Positions 13,924 through 23,427 are shown, counted from the first letter of the stretch. The stretch: 32,000 nucleotides of DNA from Candidatus Caldatribacterium sp. SIUC1 (GCF_051549785.1 NZ_CP189974.1:1253491-1285490), one strand, 5' to 3'. Numbers and translations are program-made. The notes: generated by a model not told the origin, from the sequence alone.

Positions 13924-15021
13924 ATGGGGCTTCAGGTTGGGATTGTGGGGCTACCGAATTCGGGAAAGACGACGCTCTTCAACCTCCTCACGGGGGGTCA
14001 TGCAGAGGTTGCAGGACACCCCTTTTCCACCGTTTCCCCCAACCGGGGTGTGGTGGCGGTCCCTGACAGGCGGCTCGAGGTGCTGGCCCGTCTTCTCCAT
14101 CCGCCCCAAGTCGTTCCGGCGACCATAGAATTCGTTGACGTGGCAGGGCTTGTGGAGGGAGCAAGTAAAGGAGAGGGACTGGGAAACCGGTTCCTCAGCC
14201 ATATACGGGCAGTGGATGCTGTGGTCGAGGTGCTCCGTTTCTTTCAGGACAGAAGCGTTCCCCACGTCGCGGGGGATATCGACCCGCTTCGAGACCGGGA
14301 TATTGTGGATACGGAACTCCTTCTTGCGGACCTCGAGGTTGTGGAACGACGCCTTGAGAAACTCCGGGAGCTTTTACGGAAGACGAAGGACGAGTACCTG
14401 AGGGAAGAGAAAGAAGTTCTGGAACAGTGCTTTGCGGCGCTTTCTCAGGGTATTCCCGTGCGAGCGGTGGATTTCCCGCCCAGTGCGCGGGAAATCTTAA
14501 AACCCTATCAGCTGATCACAGCCAAGCCCCTGCTTTACGTGGCCAACCTCGATGAAGAGGAGTCCTCTCGTCGCCTCTTTGAAGAGGTACGAAAACGCTT
14601 CGAAGAGGAAGGGCTTCCACTCCTTCCGGTCTGGGCCAAACTTGAGGCAGAGCTTTCCGAGCTTGAAGAAGAAGAGCAGAAAGCCTTTTTTGCAGCATTT
14701 GGCATTCCCGGTCTGGGGTTTGTCCGTCTTGTGGAGGAAGCGTACCGGCTGCTTGATCTCATCACCTTTTACACGTATGGTGAGAAAGAACTCCGGGCAC
14801 GGGAGCTCCCTCGGGGTACCAAGGCTCCCCAGGCTGCCGGAAAGGTCCACACGGACATGGAACGGGGATTCATTAGGGCCGAGGTCGTTCATTTTGAGGA
14901 CCTCGTGGCCTGTGGGTCCTTCGAGCGGGCCCGTCAGGAAGGGCGTATCCGCCTGGAAGGGAGAGAGTACGAGATTCAGGATGGGGATATCGTGTATTTC
15001 CGGTTCACCTCCCCTCGCTGA
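13924..15021 (+). CDS. ychF: Redox-regulated ribosome-binding ATPase YchF
   Basis: G1 motif GIVGLPNSGKTTLFNLLT, G3 motif DVAGLVEGAS, a coiled-coil insert, and a C-terminal TGS-like domain (..HTDMERGFIRAEVV...G..R.EGREYEIQDGDIVYFRF). ATG 13924 is preceded by GAGGTG, 1 nt after the DUF951 stop. Confidence 0.92.
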   Translation: MGLQVGIVGLPNSGKTTLFNLLTGGHAEVAGHPFSTVSPNRGVVAVPDRRLEVLARLLHPPQVVPATIEFVDVAGLVEGASKGEGLGNRFLSHIRAVDAVVEVLRFFQDRSVPHVAGDIDPLRDRDIVDTELLLADLEVVERRLEKLRELLRKTKDEYLREEKEVLEQCFAALSQGIPVRAVDFPPSAREILKPYQLITAKPLLYVANLDEEESSRRLFEEVRKRFEEEGLPLLPVWAKLEAELSELEEEEQKAFFAAFGIPGLGFVRLVEEAYRLLDLITFYTYGEKELRARELPRGTKAPQAAGKVHTDMERGFIRAEVVHFEDLVACGSFERARQEGRIRLEGREYEIQDGDIVYFRFTSPR

Positions 15022-16219
15022 GGCGGAATTCTCGGGCCATCCGTTCCTGGGTTTGCCACTGTCCTCTGAGCTTCCCCTCCTGGGCGAGTTTCCCCAGGAA
15101 TTGCCTCATCCATCGAGGAATAGGGGTACCGGTTCTCTCTCCCCAGGGAGTTCCGGGAAGGGGCAAAAAGGTGTGGGCGTGAACAATGGCCCCAAGACGA
15201 ACGAGCTTCTCAATGAACCCTGCGGTGGTGCGAAGGTCTTCCTCGGTCTCTTCGGGGCATCCGAAAATGAAATCCACGTACACCTGAAATCCCAGGCGGA
15301 TGCTCGTCTCGCAAGCTGAGAAAACGTCTTCAGGGGTGTGCCCCCGACCCATGAGGCTCAGGAGCCTCTGGCTTCCTGACTGTGCTCCGACGACAATGCT
15401 CCGGTTGTCTGCGTACTGGCGGACAAGGTGGAGAATCTCCTCCGAGACGAACTCTGGACGGACTTCGGATGGGAAGGAACCGAAGAATATCCTCCCCCTC
15501 CGACCGAGGAGTTTGCGAAGGCTCCCGAGAAGGCTTTCCAGAGCTTCGATATTCGGCCTTTGCCCATCCGGGGACCCATAGGCGAAGGCGTTGGGGGTCA
15601 CGAAGCGAAGGTCGATGCTCTCGCGGTGGCGCATCATGCCGCGGACATGCTCGAGAATGGACTCAAGGCTTCGGTGCCGCATGGCTCGCCCAAAAATCGC
15701 AGGGGTCTGACAGAAGGCGCACCCGAACGGACATCCCCGGCTGATCTCGATTGGTCCCAGGAAGCCCAAGTGGTACGGGAACGAGGGAAAACGGTCAAGG
15801 TGTGCCTTCTCACCCTTGATGGTCTGGGGTGAGGAAGGGAGGGTGCCCTCAAGGAACGCCTGGACAATGGTGAGGAAGGTTCCTTCTCCTTCCCCCTGCA
15901 CGAGGAAGGTACTCCAGGGAGCAAAATCCTGAGGGAGAGCCGTTGCGTGGGGACCACCGCAGCAGGTGAAGGCGTTAGGATGGCGAAGGAAATCCCGCAA
16001 AAGACGCTGACGACGTTCCTTTTCAGGCGTCATGCTGGAGAGGACAAGGAGAGACACTCCGGACTGGTGTACAAAAGCGGAGAGCACTTCTTCCTCGGTG
16101 GTGCACAGCACCACGCGGGTTCTCTCCCAAAGAGAAGAAGAAGACAGCGCTCCCAGAAGGGCGTTCATGCTCAACCTGTTTTTGGGGCTGTAGAGGAAAA
16201 GCAGCGTTTTCTCTACCAT
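15005..16219 (-). CDS. B12-binding-domain-like / radical SAM protein (MJ_1487-like class)
   Basis: An N-terminal Rossmann-like region (LLFLYSPKNRLSMNALLGAL...VVLC) is followed by ISRGCPFGCAFCQT (CX3CX2C). ATG at 16219-16217 is preferred; the track start is TTG at 16249. The 3' end overlaps ychF by 17 nt (convergent genes). Confidence 0.8.
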   Translation of the reverse strand: MVEKTLLFLYSPKNRLSMNALLGALSSSSLWERTRVVLCTTEEEVLSAFVHQSGVSLLVLSSMTPEKERRQRLLRDFLRHPNAFTCCGGPHATALPQDFAPWSTFLVQGEGEGTFLTIVQAFLEGTLPSSPQTIKGEKAHLDRFPSFPYHLGFLGPIEISRGCPFGCAFCQTPAIFGRAMRHRSLESILEHVRGMMRHRESIDLRFVTPNAFAYGSPDGQRPNIEALESLLGSLRKLLGRRGRIFFGSFPSEVRPEFVSEEILHLVRQYADNRSIVVGAQSGSQRLLSLMGRGHTPEDVFSACETSIRLGFQVYVDFIFGCPEETEEDLRTTAGFIEKLVRLGAIVHAHTFLPLPGTPWGERTGTPIPRWMRQFLGKLAQEGKLRGQWQTQERMAREFRLSEGR

Positions 16220-16272
16220 ACGCCCTTTATTGTAAATCCCGGGAAGCAAAAAGCAAAGGCTTTTCGAAGTTA

Positions 16273-16281
16273 TGATACAAT
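16273..16281 (+). promoter_or_regulatory. Possible extended -10 element (TGaTACAAT) for the malic enzyme operon
   Basis: TGATACAAT at 16273-16281 in the 100-nt divergent intergenic region. The RBS AAGGGGGA and GTG 16320 lie downstream. This would exclude ATG 16272 as a start. Confidence 0.3.
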
Positions 16282-16319
16282 GGGGCAGAATCGGAGAAGC
16301 AAAGGGGGACAGGGCATTC

Positions 16320-17660
16320 GTGGAAAGAAAGAGCGAGAGAGAACTCCGGCGACCCTTTGAGGAATCTCTTCGTCTCCATGCCTTTTACCGGGGGAAAATC
16401 GAAACGCATCTGAAGTGTCCGGTGAGGGGTTACGAGGACTTTGCCCTCTGGTATACTCCGGGAGTGGCCGAGGTCTGCCGTCACATTGAACAGGACCCCG
16501 GTCTCTCCTTTACTTATACGAGCCGCTGGAACACTGTGGCTGTGGTTTCCGACGGTTCACGGGTACTCGGTCTTGGAAATATCGGCCCTGAGGCTGCTCT
16601 GCCTGTCATGGAGGGGAAGGCTCTGCTTTTCCGTTACCTCGGAGGTGTGGATGCCGTTCCTCTGTGTCTGCGAGTTTCAAGTCCTGATGCGCTGGTTGAA
16701 GCGGTGAAGACGCTTGAGCCAAGTTTTGGCGGGGTGAATCTTGAGGACATTGCTCAGCCTGCGTGCTTTTCCATTCTTGAGAGACTTCAGGAAGAGCTGG
16801 AGATCCCGGTGTGGCATGATGACCAGCAGGGCACAGCCCTGGTGGTGCTTGCGGGGCTTTTGGGGGCCCTGGATGTTGTGGGGAAGAAAAGGGAGGATAT
16901 CCGGGTTGCTCTTATTGGAGCAGGAGCATCAAATCTCCGCATTGCTTCGTTGCTCATGAAGGCAGGGGTACGGGGGGAGAACATCGTCCTCTGTGACACA
17001 AAGGGTATCCTCCACCGAGATCGGGAGGATCTCGCAAGGAGCAACCCCTGGAAGTGGCAGTTCTGTCTTGTGACCAACGGGGAGAACCTCAAAGGAGGGA
17101 AAAAGGAGGCCATTGAAGGCCGGGATGTGCTCATTGCGCTTTCAAGTCCTGGTCCCGGGGTCATTGAACCTGAGTGGGTTTCCCGGATGAACAGAGATCC
17201 GGTAGTTTTTGCTTGTGCGAATCCCGTGCCGGAGATCTGGCCCTGGGAAGCCAAGGAATACGGAGCAAGGATTGTGGCTACCGGACGGTCGGATTTCCCA
17301 AATCAAATCAACAACTCCCTTGGTTTTCCGGGTCTTTTTCGGGGTGTTCTGAGCGTCCAGGCTCGAAAGATTACTGACGAGATGTGTCTTGCTGCCGCTT
17401 TTGCGCTGTACCATTTTGCGAAGAGGCGAGGTCTCCACGAGGAGTACATCATTCCGACCATGGACGATTGGGAGGTTTACGTGGAAGAGGCTAAGGCTGT
17501 GGCTTCTGTTGCGGTGGAGCAGGGTCTTGCCCGAAGGCCACGCCGTCCCGAAGAGGTGGAAGAGGAAGCCCGGAGTCTCATTCTCCGGGCCCGGAGGATG
17601 GTGGCCGAGGGGGTTCGAAACGGGACCATTCCTCTCCCCCCTGAAGGTGAGAGTGCGTGA
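16320..17660 (+). CDS. NAD(P)-dependent malic enzyme (short bacterial form)
   Basis: YRGKIE.., ALWYTPGVAEVC, VVSDGSRVLGLGNIGPEAALPVMEGKALLF, GGVNLEDI, a GAGASNL dinucleotide fold, and ANPVPEI. GTG 16320 has RBS AAGGGGGA; the track start is ATG 16272. Confidence 0.9.
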   Translation: MERKSERELRRPFEESLRLHAFYRGKIETHLKCPVRGYEDFALWYTPGVAEVCRHIEQDPGLSFTYTSRWNTVAVVSDGSRVLGLGNIGPEAALPVMEGKALLFRYLGGVDAVPLCLRVSSPDALVEAVKTLEPSFGGVNLEDIAQPACFSILERLQEELEIPVWHDDQQGTALVVLAGLLGALDVVGKKREDIRVALIGAGASNLRIASLLMKAGVRGENIVLCDTKGILHRDREDLARSNPWKWQFCLVTNGENLKGGKKEAIEGRDVLIALSSPGPGVIEPEWVSRMNRDPVVFACANPVPEIWPWEAKEYGARIVATGRSDFPNQINNSLGFPGLFRGVLSVQARKITDEMCLAAAFALYHFAKRRGLHEEYIIPTMDDWEVYVEEAKAVASVAVEQGLARRPRRPEEVEEEARSLILRARRMVAEGVRNGTIPLPPEGESA

Positions 17661-18499
17661 AGGACATCTGGGTTTGCGACGTCGTTGAGGAAGTGAAGAA
17701 CGCCCTTTTGGAGATCAATATAAGAAGCGATGCCGCGCTCCGCCAGAAAATGCTCGACGCCCTGGTCGCTGAGGAGAGTGAAGCGGGGAGGGAGATGCTG
17801 ACCCAGATTCTCGAGAACTACGTGGTGGCCGAGGAACGAAGGCTTCCTCTCTGTCAGGACACGGGAATGGTTATGGCCGAAGTCCGGGTGGGAAGCGAGG
17901 TTTGTCTTCGTGGGGGGAGCCTGCGGCAGGCCCTTGACGAGGCCATCCGGCTGGCTTACCGGGAGGGGTATTTCCGAAAATCCATTATTGCCGATCCCTT
18001 CTTCGGGAAAAACACCCAGGATAATACTCCGGGAGTGTATTTCTTCGAATGGGTGGAGGGGGATTGCCTCGAAATCGACCTCCTGGTAAAGGGAGGGGGA
18101 TGCGACAACATCACTACTTTAGGGATGCTTGAGCCGGGGAGTACCCCTGATGATGTGGAACGATTCATCCTGCGGGAACTTGACAGAAAGGCCGCCCTGG
18201 CCTGCCCACCGCTTGTGGTGGGTGTGGGTATTGGTGGGAATGGGGCTTACGCCCTCTTTTTGGCCTCCCGGGCTCTGAGTCGTCCTCTGGGTTCTTCGCA
18301 TCCAGACCCCCGATATCGGGAATTGGAGAGGAAGTGGTGTGAGGATATCAATCGCCTGGGCATCGGTCCCCAAGGGGTGGGAGGAAGAGTAACCTGTCTT
18401 GAGGTTCGCATTGAGACGTATCCCTGCCATATTGCCAGCTTCCCCGTGGGACTGGTGTGCAGCTGTCACGTTTTCCGCAGGAAAACCCTGAGATGGTGA
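17657..18499 (+). CDS. Class I (Fe-S) fumarate hydratase / tartrate dehydratase, alpha subunit
   Basis: LPLCQDTGMVM (cluster Cys), ..GKNTQDNTPG.., GGGCDN; typical length of 280 aa. GTG overlaps the malic enzyme stop (GTGA). Confidence 0.88.
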   Translation: MKDIWVCDVVEEVKNALLEINIRSDAALRQKMLDALVAEESEAGREMLTQILENYVVAEERRLPLCQDTGMVMAEVRVGSEVCLRGGSLRQALDEAIRLAYREGYFRKSIIADPFFGKNTQDNTPGVYFFEWVEGDCLEIDLLVKGGGCDNITTLGMLEPGSTPDDVERFILRELDRKAALACPPLVVGVGIGGNGAYALFLASRALSRPLGSSHPDPRYRELERKWCEDINRLGIGPQGVGGRVTCLEVRIETYPCHIASFPVGLVCSCHVFRRKTLRW

Positions 18500-19101
18500 G
18501 AACCATGGCGGGGCGAGAATTCATCCTGAAAACTCCCCTGGGTGTTGAGGACATTCTGGCACTTCGTGTTGGCGATCGGGTTTTCTTAAGCGGAGAACTC
18601 TACGTTGCCCGGGATGCAACTCACCGGAGGATGCTCAGCGAGGTTACTCAGGGTAAGGAGCTCCCCTTTCCCGTTCATGGAGCCGTTCTCTACTATGCCG
18701 GACCCACACCACCACCGCCCCATGAGCCTGTGGGGTCCATCGGGCCAACGACGAGCCGACGGATGGACCCCTATCTTGCGTTCTTCCTCGAGCGGGGTTT
18801 GCGGGCTACTATCGGGAAAGGTGAACGGGGAGAAGAGGTGAAACAGCTCCTTGAAAAATACAAGGCGGTGTACTTCATCGCCTGTGGTGGCGCCGGGGCC
18901 TATCTTTCGACCTTTGTGGTGTCCCAGGAGGTTCTGGCCTACGAGGACCTGGGTGCTCAGGCGCTGTTTCGCCTTTTGGTAAAGGACTTCCCCCTCATGG
19001 TGGCCTATGATGCCTTTGGCGGTGACCTCTTTGAGGAGGGGAAAATCCGGTACCGGAGGATTCTCCTGTATCACCGGGAAAATTCGGATAAGGGGGAGTG
19101 A
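18493..19101 (+). CDS. Class I (Fe-S) fumarate hydratase / tartrate dehydratase, beta subunit
   Basis: LKTPLGVEDILALRVGDRVFLSGELYVARDATHRRM, GPTTSRRMD, ATIGKGERG. The start is ambiguous: ATG 18493 overlaps the alpha stop, ATG 18505 is the alternative, and the track start is 18457. Confidence 0.85.
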   Translation: MVRTMAGREFILKTPLGVEDILALRVGDRVFLSGELYVARDATHRRMLSEVTQGKELPFPVHGAVLYYAGPTPPPPHEPVGSIGPTTSRRMDPYLAFFLERGLRATIGKGERGEEVKQLLEKYKAVYFIACGGAGAYLSTFVVSQEVLAYEDLGAQALFRLLVKDFPLMVAYDAFGGDLFEEGKIRYRRILLYHRENSDKGE

Positions 19102-19103
19102 GT

Positions 19104-19946
19104 ATGTTCTGGGAAATCCTTTTTCTCATCCTCTTTCTCAGCGTGTACTTTCCAGCGCTTCAGCAGAAAATTCTCGAACAGCGACGGATCATCATGATCC
19201 GGGAATTCGAGAGAAAACGTCGCTCACGGGTCATCGTGCTCATCCACCGTCAGGAATCGGTGAGTTTCCTGGGTCTTCCCATTGCCCGCTATATCAGCAT
19301 TGAGGACTCAGAGCGGGTGCTTCGGGCCATCCGCATGACGCCCCCCGATATGCCCATTGACCTTATCCTTCACACCCCTGGAGGGCTGGTGCTCGCTGCT
19401 GAGCAGATTGCCTGGGCCATCAAACGGCATCCTGCAAAGGTCACGGTTTTTGTTCCCCACTACGCCATGTCCGGAGGAACGCTTATTGCCCTTGCGGCAG
19501 ACGAAATCGTCATGGATCCCAACGCCGTTCTGGGCCCTGTGGATCCCCAAATCACCACTGCCCGTGGACAGTATCCCGCAGCGTCAATCCTTCGGGCGCT
19601 TGAAGAACCCAACCCGAATCGGGATGACGAGACGCTTATTCTCGGCGATATCGCCCGAAAAGCCATCCGTCAGGTGTACCAAGTGGTCTTCGACCTCGTG
19701 CGGGACAAGATGCCCGAGGAGAGAGCAAGAGAACTTGCCCAGGTGCTTTCTGAGGGAAGGTGGACTCACGATTTCCCCATCACTCCTGAGATAGCAAGGA
19801 ATCTGGGCCTTCCGGTGCAGGAGGGCCTTCCGGAGGAAATCTACGAGCTCATGGAGCTTTACCCGCAGCCGCCCCAGCAACGCCCCACGGTTGAATACGT
19901 TCCTCTACCTTACCGACCGTACCGTCGACCGGCGGCCAAGGAGTGA
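19104..19946 (+). CDS. Membrane-anchored SDH-family (PF01972-like) Clp-fold serine protease
   Basis: N-terminal TM FWEILFLILFLSVYF, then ..RVIVLIHRQE..., LILHTPGGLV, and HYAMSGGTLIALAADEIVM (nucleophile Ser in a ClpP/SppA-like context). ATG 19104 lies 6 nt after AGGGGGAG. Confidence 0.8.
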   Translation: MFWEILFLILFLSVYFPALQQKILEQRRIIMIREFERKRRSRVIVLIHRQESVSFLGLPIARYISIEDSERVLRAIRMTPPDMPIDLILHTPGGLVLAAEQIAWAIKRHPAKVTVFVPHYAMSGGTLIALAADEIVMDPNAVLGPVDPQITTARGQYPAASILRALEEPNPNRDDETLILGDIARKAIRQVYQVVFDLVRDKMPEERARELAQVLSEGRWTHDFPITPEIARNLGLPVQEGLPEEIYELMELYPQPPQQRPTVEYVPLPYRPYRRPAAKE

Positions 19947-19959
19947 AAGGAGTGCATCT

Positions 19960-22104
19960 ATGGGGAAGAAGCTCGTCATTACGGAGAAACCCAGCGTGGC
20001 ACGGGATATCGCCAGGGCGCTGGGGAAGTTCACGGACCACAGGGAATATCTTGAAAATGCGGAGTACATCATCACCTGGGCGGTGGGACACCTCGTCGGT
20101 CTTGCCGAGCCCGAAGACTACGACGACCGTTTCAGAAAATGGGACCTTGAGCTTTTGCCCATTATCCCGGAAGTTTTTAAGCTGAAGCCTCTTGAGAAAA
20201 CGGAAAAGCGCCTTGAAGTTATCAAAATGCTCTCCGAAAGAGAGGACACCGATGCGCTGGTGAATGCCTGTGATGCGGGACGGGAGGGGGAGCTGATTTT
20301 CCGCTATATTTACGAGTTCCTCGGCCTGAAAAAGCCGGTGTTTCGTCTCTGGCTCTCCTCGATGACGAAAGAGGCAATTCAAGAAGCCTTTGCCCGGCTC
20401 AGGCCGGCTTCGGAATACGAGCTCCTCGCTCAGGCAGCCAAGTGCCGCTCTGAAGGAGATTGGCTCGTGGGCATCAACGGAAGCCGGGCTTTCACAAGCC
20501 GTTACAAGATTCTCCTTTCCGTTGGAAGGGTCCAGACCCCGACTCTGGCCATCCTGGTCCACCGGGAGCGGGAGATTCAAAACTTCCGTCCCACCCCCTA
20601 CTTTGAGGTTTTTGCCCGTTTCCGGTATGGGGACCTCACGTATGTGGGGAAGTGGCGGGGAGGCGAGGACGACCGTCTTTTCGACAAAGACGAGGCAGAA
20701 AAGGTTGTGGCTGGGGTTTTGGGGAAGCGGGGGAAGGTCGAAGAGTTCTCCGAGCACAAAACCCAGGAAGCCCATCCCCTGCTGTACGATCTCACTGAAC
20801 TCCAGCGGGATGCTAACAAGCTCTTCGGGTATTCGGCACAGAGAACCCTTGATATTGCCCAGAGGCTCTATGAGCACTACAAGCTCATCACGTATCCCCG
20901 GACGGACTCCCGTTACCTCTCCGAAGACCTTCTGGGCCAGGTGGAAAGAAGCGTTGCCATGCTCACTCGGTGTGGGTTTGCCGAGTTTGCCAGAGATCTT
21001 CCGCTCCGTGAGGCCCTCAGGGACCGGCGTGTTTTTGACCGAAGCAAGGTCACGGATCACCACGCTATCATCCCCACGGGAGAGGAAATCCGCTGGGAAG
21101 CGCTGAAGGAAGGAGAGCGAAAGGTTCTGGATCTCATCGTGCGCCGTTTCCTGGCGGTTTTCCATCCCCCGGCGGTCTGGATGCACCGGACGATCAGGAC
21201 CAGGGTGGAGGGGGAAACCTTCCTGAGCAAGGCCAGGGTTCTCGCCGAGCCGGGGTGGCGAGTGCTCTATCCCAGGGAAGAGGAGGAGTTTCTCCCTGTT
21301 GTCCCTCGGGGAGAAGAGGTGGATGTTGTGGAGGCCTGGAATGAAGAAAAGGAGACTAAAGCTCCTCCAAGGTACACCGAGGCCGCGCTTCTTGCAGCCA
21401 TGGAAGGGGCTGGGCGTTTTGTTGAGGACGAGGAACTTCGGGAAATACTGAAGGAAAGCGGCATTGGAACGCCGGCGACCCGGGCGGCCATTATCGAACG
21501 TCTCATCGAAGTCGGGTATGTGGAGCGAGAGGGAAAGACCCTCATTCCCACTCCCAAGGGCATGGAGCTTGTGAGCCTTGTAGAGAGCATTCCCATCCCG
21601 GAACTCGCCTCACCTCAGCTTACAGGTGAGTGGGAGAAGAAACTCAATCTCATCCAGAAAGGGCAGTTTACCCGGGAGCTCTTCATGGAGGGTATCAAGA
21701 GTTTGACCTGGGAAATTGTCGCCAAGGTCAAAGCCCAGAATCTGGAAGACGTTCGGGAAGCAAAAAGCCGCATGGTGGCCTCAAGGTACCCTCTGGGTCC
21801 CTGCCCGCTCTGCGGTGCCCCGGTGTACGAAAGTAAAGTCGCTTTCAGCTGTTCCCGATGGAAAGAAGGCTGTCCTTTCACGGTGTGGAAGACCATTTCG
21901 GGGAAGAAAATCTCCCGCCAGCAGGTCCAGAAACTCCTGGCAAGCGGCCGAACGGACAGACTTTCGGGTTTCCGTTCCCGAAAGGGGAAAAGGTTCTCCG
22001 CAGTGCTTGTTCTTTCCGAAGACGGCAAGGTGGCATTTGCGTTTCCTCATGTGCCCTCTAAGGTACGAGCTGAAAGAGAAGATGGCGAGGATAAGGGAGA
22101 TTGA
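19960..22104 (+). CDS. topB: DNA topoisomerase III (type IA) with a C-terminal zinc-ribbon region
   Basis: KLVITEKPSVARDIARAL, ITWAVGHLV, DAGREGE (Toprim), SVGRVQTPTLAILV, ITYPRTDSRYL (catalytic Tyr); collinear with Bacillus and E. coli TopB. The C-terminus is CPLCGAPV..CSRWKEGCPF. ATG 19960 is preceded by AAAGGAG; the track ORF starts at 19891. Confidence 0.9.
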   Translation: MGKKLVITEKPSVARDIARALGKFTDHREYLENAEYIITWAVGHLVGLAEPEDYDDRFRKWDLELLPIIPEVFKLKPLEKTEKRLEVIKMLSEREDTDALVNACDAGREGELIFRYIYEFLGLKKPVFRLWLSSMTKEAIQEAFARLRPASEYELLAQAAKCRSEGDWLVGINGSRAFTSRYKILLSVGRVQTPTLAILVHREREIQNFRPTPYFEVFARFRYGDLTYVGKWRGGEDDRLFDKDEAEKVVAGVLGKRGKVEEFSEHKTQEAHPLLYDLTELQRDANKLFGYSAQRTLDIAQRLYEHYKLITYPRTDSRYLSEDLLGQVERSVAMLTRCGFAEFARDLPLREALRDRRVFDRSKVTDHHAIIPTGEEIRWEALKEGERKVLDLIVRRFLAVFHPPAVWMHRTIRTRVEGETFLSKARVLAEPGWRVLYPREEEEFLPVVPRGEEVDVVEAWNEEKETKAPPRYTEAALLAAMEGAGRFVEDEELREILKESGIGTPATRAAIIERLIEVGYVEREGKTLIPTPKGMELVSLVESIPIPELASPQLTGEWEKKLNLIQKGQFTRELFMEGIKSLTWEIVAKVKAQNLEDVREAKSRMVASRYPLGPCPLCGAPVYESKVAFSCSRWKEGCPFTVWKTISGKKISRQQVQKLLASGRTDRLSGFRSRKGKRFSAVLVLSEDGKVAFAFPHVPSKVRAEREDGEDKGD

Positions 22105-22121
22105 GTATAATTAGCGTGGAT

Positions 22122-23411
22122 ATGGACGGGCAAAAAGACCAGACCGAAGTGAGAGAGTACTTTCGTATTCACGGTCTTCAGCCTCTTAGGGGGAGTGTAA
22201 CCGTCGGGGGTTCGAAGAACGCAGCACTGCCTATCCTTGCTGCAACGCTTTTGAGCAGCACTCCCTCCGTTATTCACAATGTCCCGGATCTCCTTGACGT
22301 TCGCACCATGGTGATGGTCCTCGAAAGCCTTGGAGCCGGCGTTGAGCGCATCGGGAAACATTCCTACCGCATTTTCCCCGTCACCATTTCCCGCTTTGAG
22401 CCTCCTTACGAGCTCATCCGGAAAATGCGGGCGTCGTTTCTCGTCACCGGGCCCCTGATCTCCCGACTGGGTAAGGCGCAGGTTCCGCTCCCCGGGGGAT
22501 GCGCCATTGGGTCTCGTCCCATCGACCTGCACCTTAAGGGGTTCGCCCACCTTGGAGTGGACGTTTCCATGCGTTCCGGGTACATCGAGGCGTGGGCCCA
22601 GAAGCTCCATGGGGGCGAGGTGTACTTTGATTTTCCAAGTGTCGGAGCCACAGAGAACGTGATGATGCTTGCGGCAACCATTGAGGACGAGACAATCATC
22701 GCCAATGCCGCCCGGGAACCCGAGGTGGTAGACCTTGCCCGCTTTCTCACGTTGATGGGGGCCTCCATTGAGGGAGCGGGAACAGACACCATTGTTGTCC
22801 GGGGAAAGAAGGACCTTCAGGGGTGCGAATACACCATCATGAACGACCGTATTGAGGCCGGAACGTTCTGTGTCGCCGCTGCTATCACCCGGGGAGACGT
22901 TACGGTGCACGGCGTGGAAACCTCCCTTCTCAGGTCTGTTCTCACGAAGCTTGAGGAAGTCGGTGCACAGGTTGAGAAGGTCGGTGAAGACGCTGTTCGG
23001 GTGGTGATGTTTGAACGTCCCAGACCCACGAATATCAAGACCATGCCCTATCCGGGTTTTCCGACGGACATGCAGGCGCAGTTCATGTCGCTTTTGTGTC
23101 TTGCTGATGGGGTGAGCGTCATCACTGAGACGGTTTTTGAGAGCCGCTTTGCCCATGTTGGGGAACTAGAACGCATGGGAGCAAAGGTTCAGGTGGAGGG
23201 ACGGAGCGCAGTGGTGGTGGGAGTGGAGAAGCTTACCGGTGCCCGGGTGACGGCCACGGACCTTCGGGCAGGAGCGGCCCTTGTTCTTGCAGGTCTTGCT
23301 GCAGAAGGCGTGACCGAAGTCAACGGGATTCACCATATTGACCGGGGCTATGAGGACCTCGAGGTGAAGCTCCAATCCCTGGGAGCGTTTATCGAACGAG
23401 TGCGAGGGTGA
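22122..23411 (+). CDS. murA: UDP-N-acetylglucosamine 1-carboxyvinyltransferase MurA
   Basis: [21 protein letters not shown] and [16 protein letters not shown] (active-site Cys present); MurA-like over its full length. ATG 22122 is preferred; GTG 22116 or TTG 22101 are alternatives. Confidence 0.92.
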   Translation: MDGQKDQTEVREYFRIHGLQPLRGSVTVGGSKNAALPILAATLLSSTPSVIHNVPDLLDVRTMVMVLESLGAGVERIGKHSYRIFPVTISRFEPPYELIRKMRASFLVTGPLISRLGKAQVPLPGGCAIGSRPIDLHLKGFAHLGVDVSMRSGYIEAWAQKLHGGEVYFDFPSVGATENVMMLAATIEDETIIANAAREPEVVDLARFLTLMGASIEGAGTDTIVVRGKKDLQGCEYTIMNDRIEAGTFCVAAAITRGDVTVHGVETSLLRSVLTKLEEVGAQVEKVGEDAVRVVMFERPRPTNIKTMPYPGFPTDMQAQFMSLLCLADGVSVITETVFESRFAHVGELERMGAKVQVEGRSAVVVGVEKLTGARVTATDLRAGAALVLAGLAAEGVTEVNGIHHIDRGYEDLEVKLQSLGAFIERVRG

Positions 23412-23427
23412 ACGGGAGGAATCCTGT

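Noticed and set aside
16272-16319. ATG 16272 as the start of the malic enzyme
   Set aside because: It has no RBS and overlaps the putative TGATACAAT -10 element. GTG 16320 has AAGGGGGA at proper spacing. This is not experimentally resolvable from sequence alone.
19849-21186. 445-aa minus-strand ORF, plus 22047..23156 (369 aa), 3160..4266 (368 aa), 1144..2007 (287 aa), 8401..9219 (272 aa) and 106..858 (250 aa), all on the minus strand
   Set aside because: Each is the mirror frame of a confidently identified plus-strand gene (topB, murA, ODC/sufC, permease, radical SAM, surface protein). The translations are R/P/S/G-rich nonsense typical of antisense frames.
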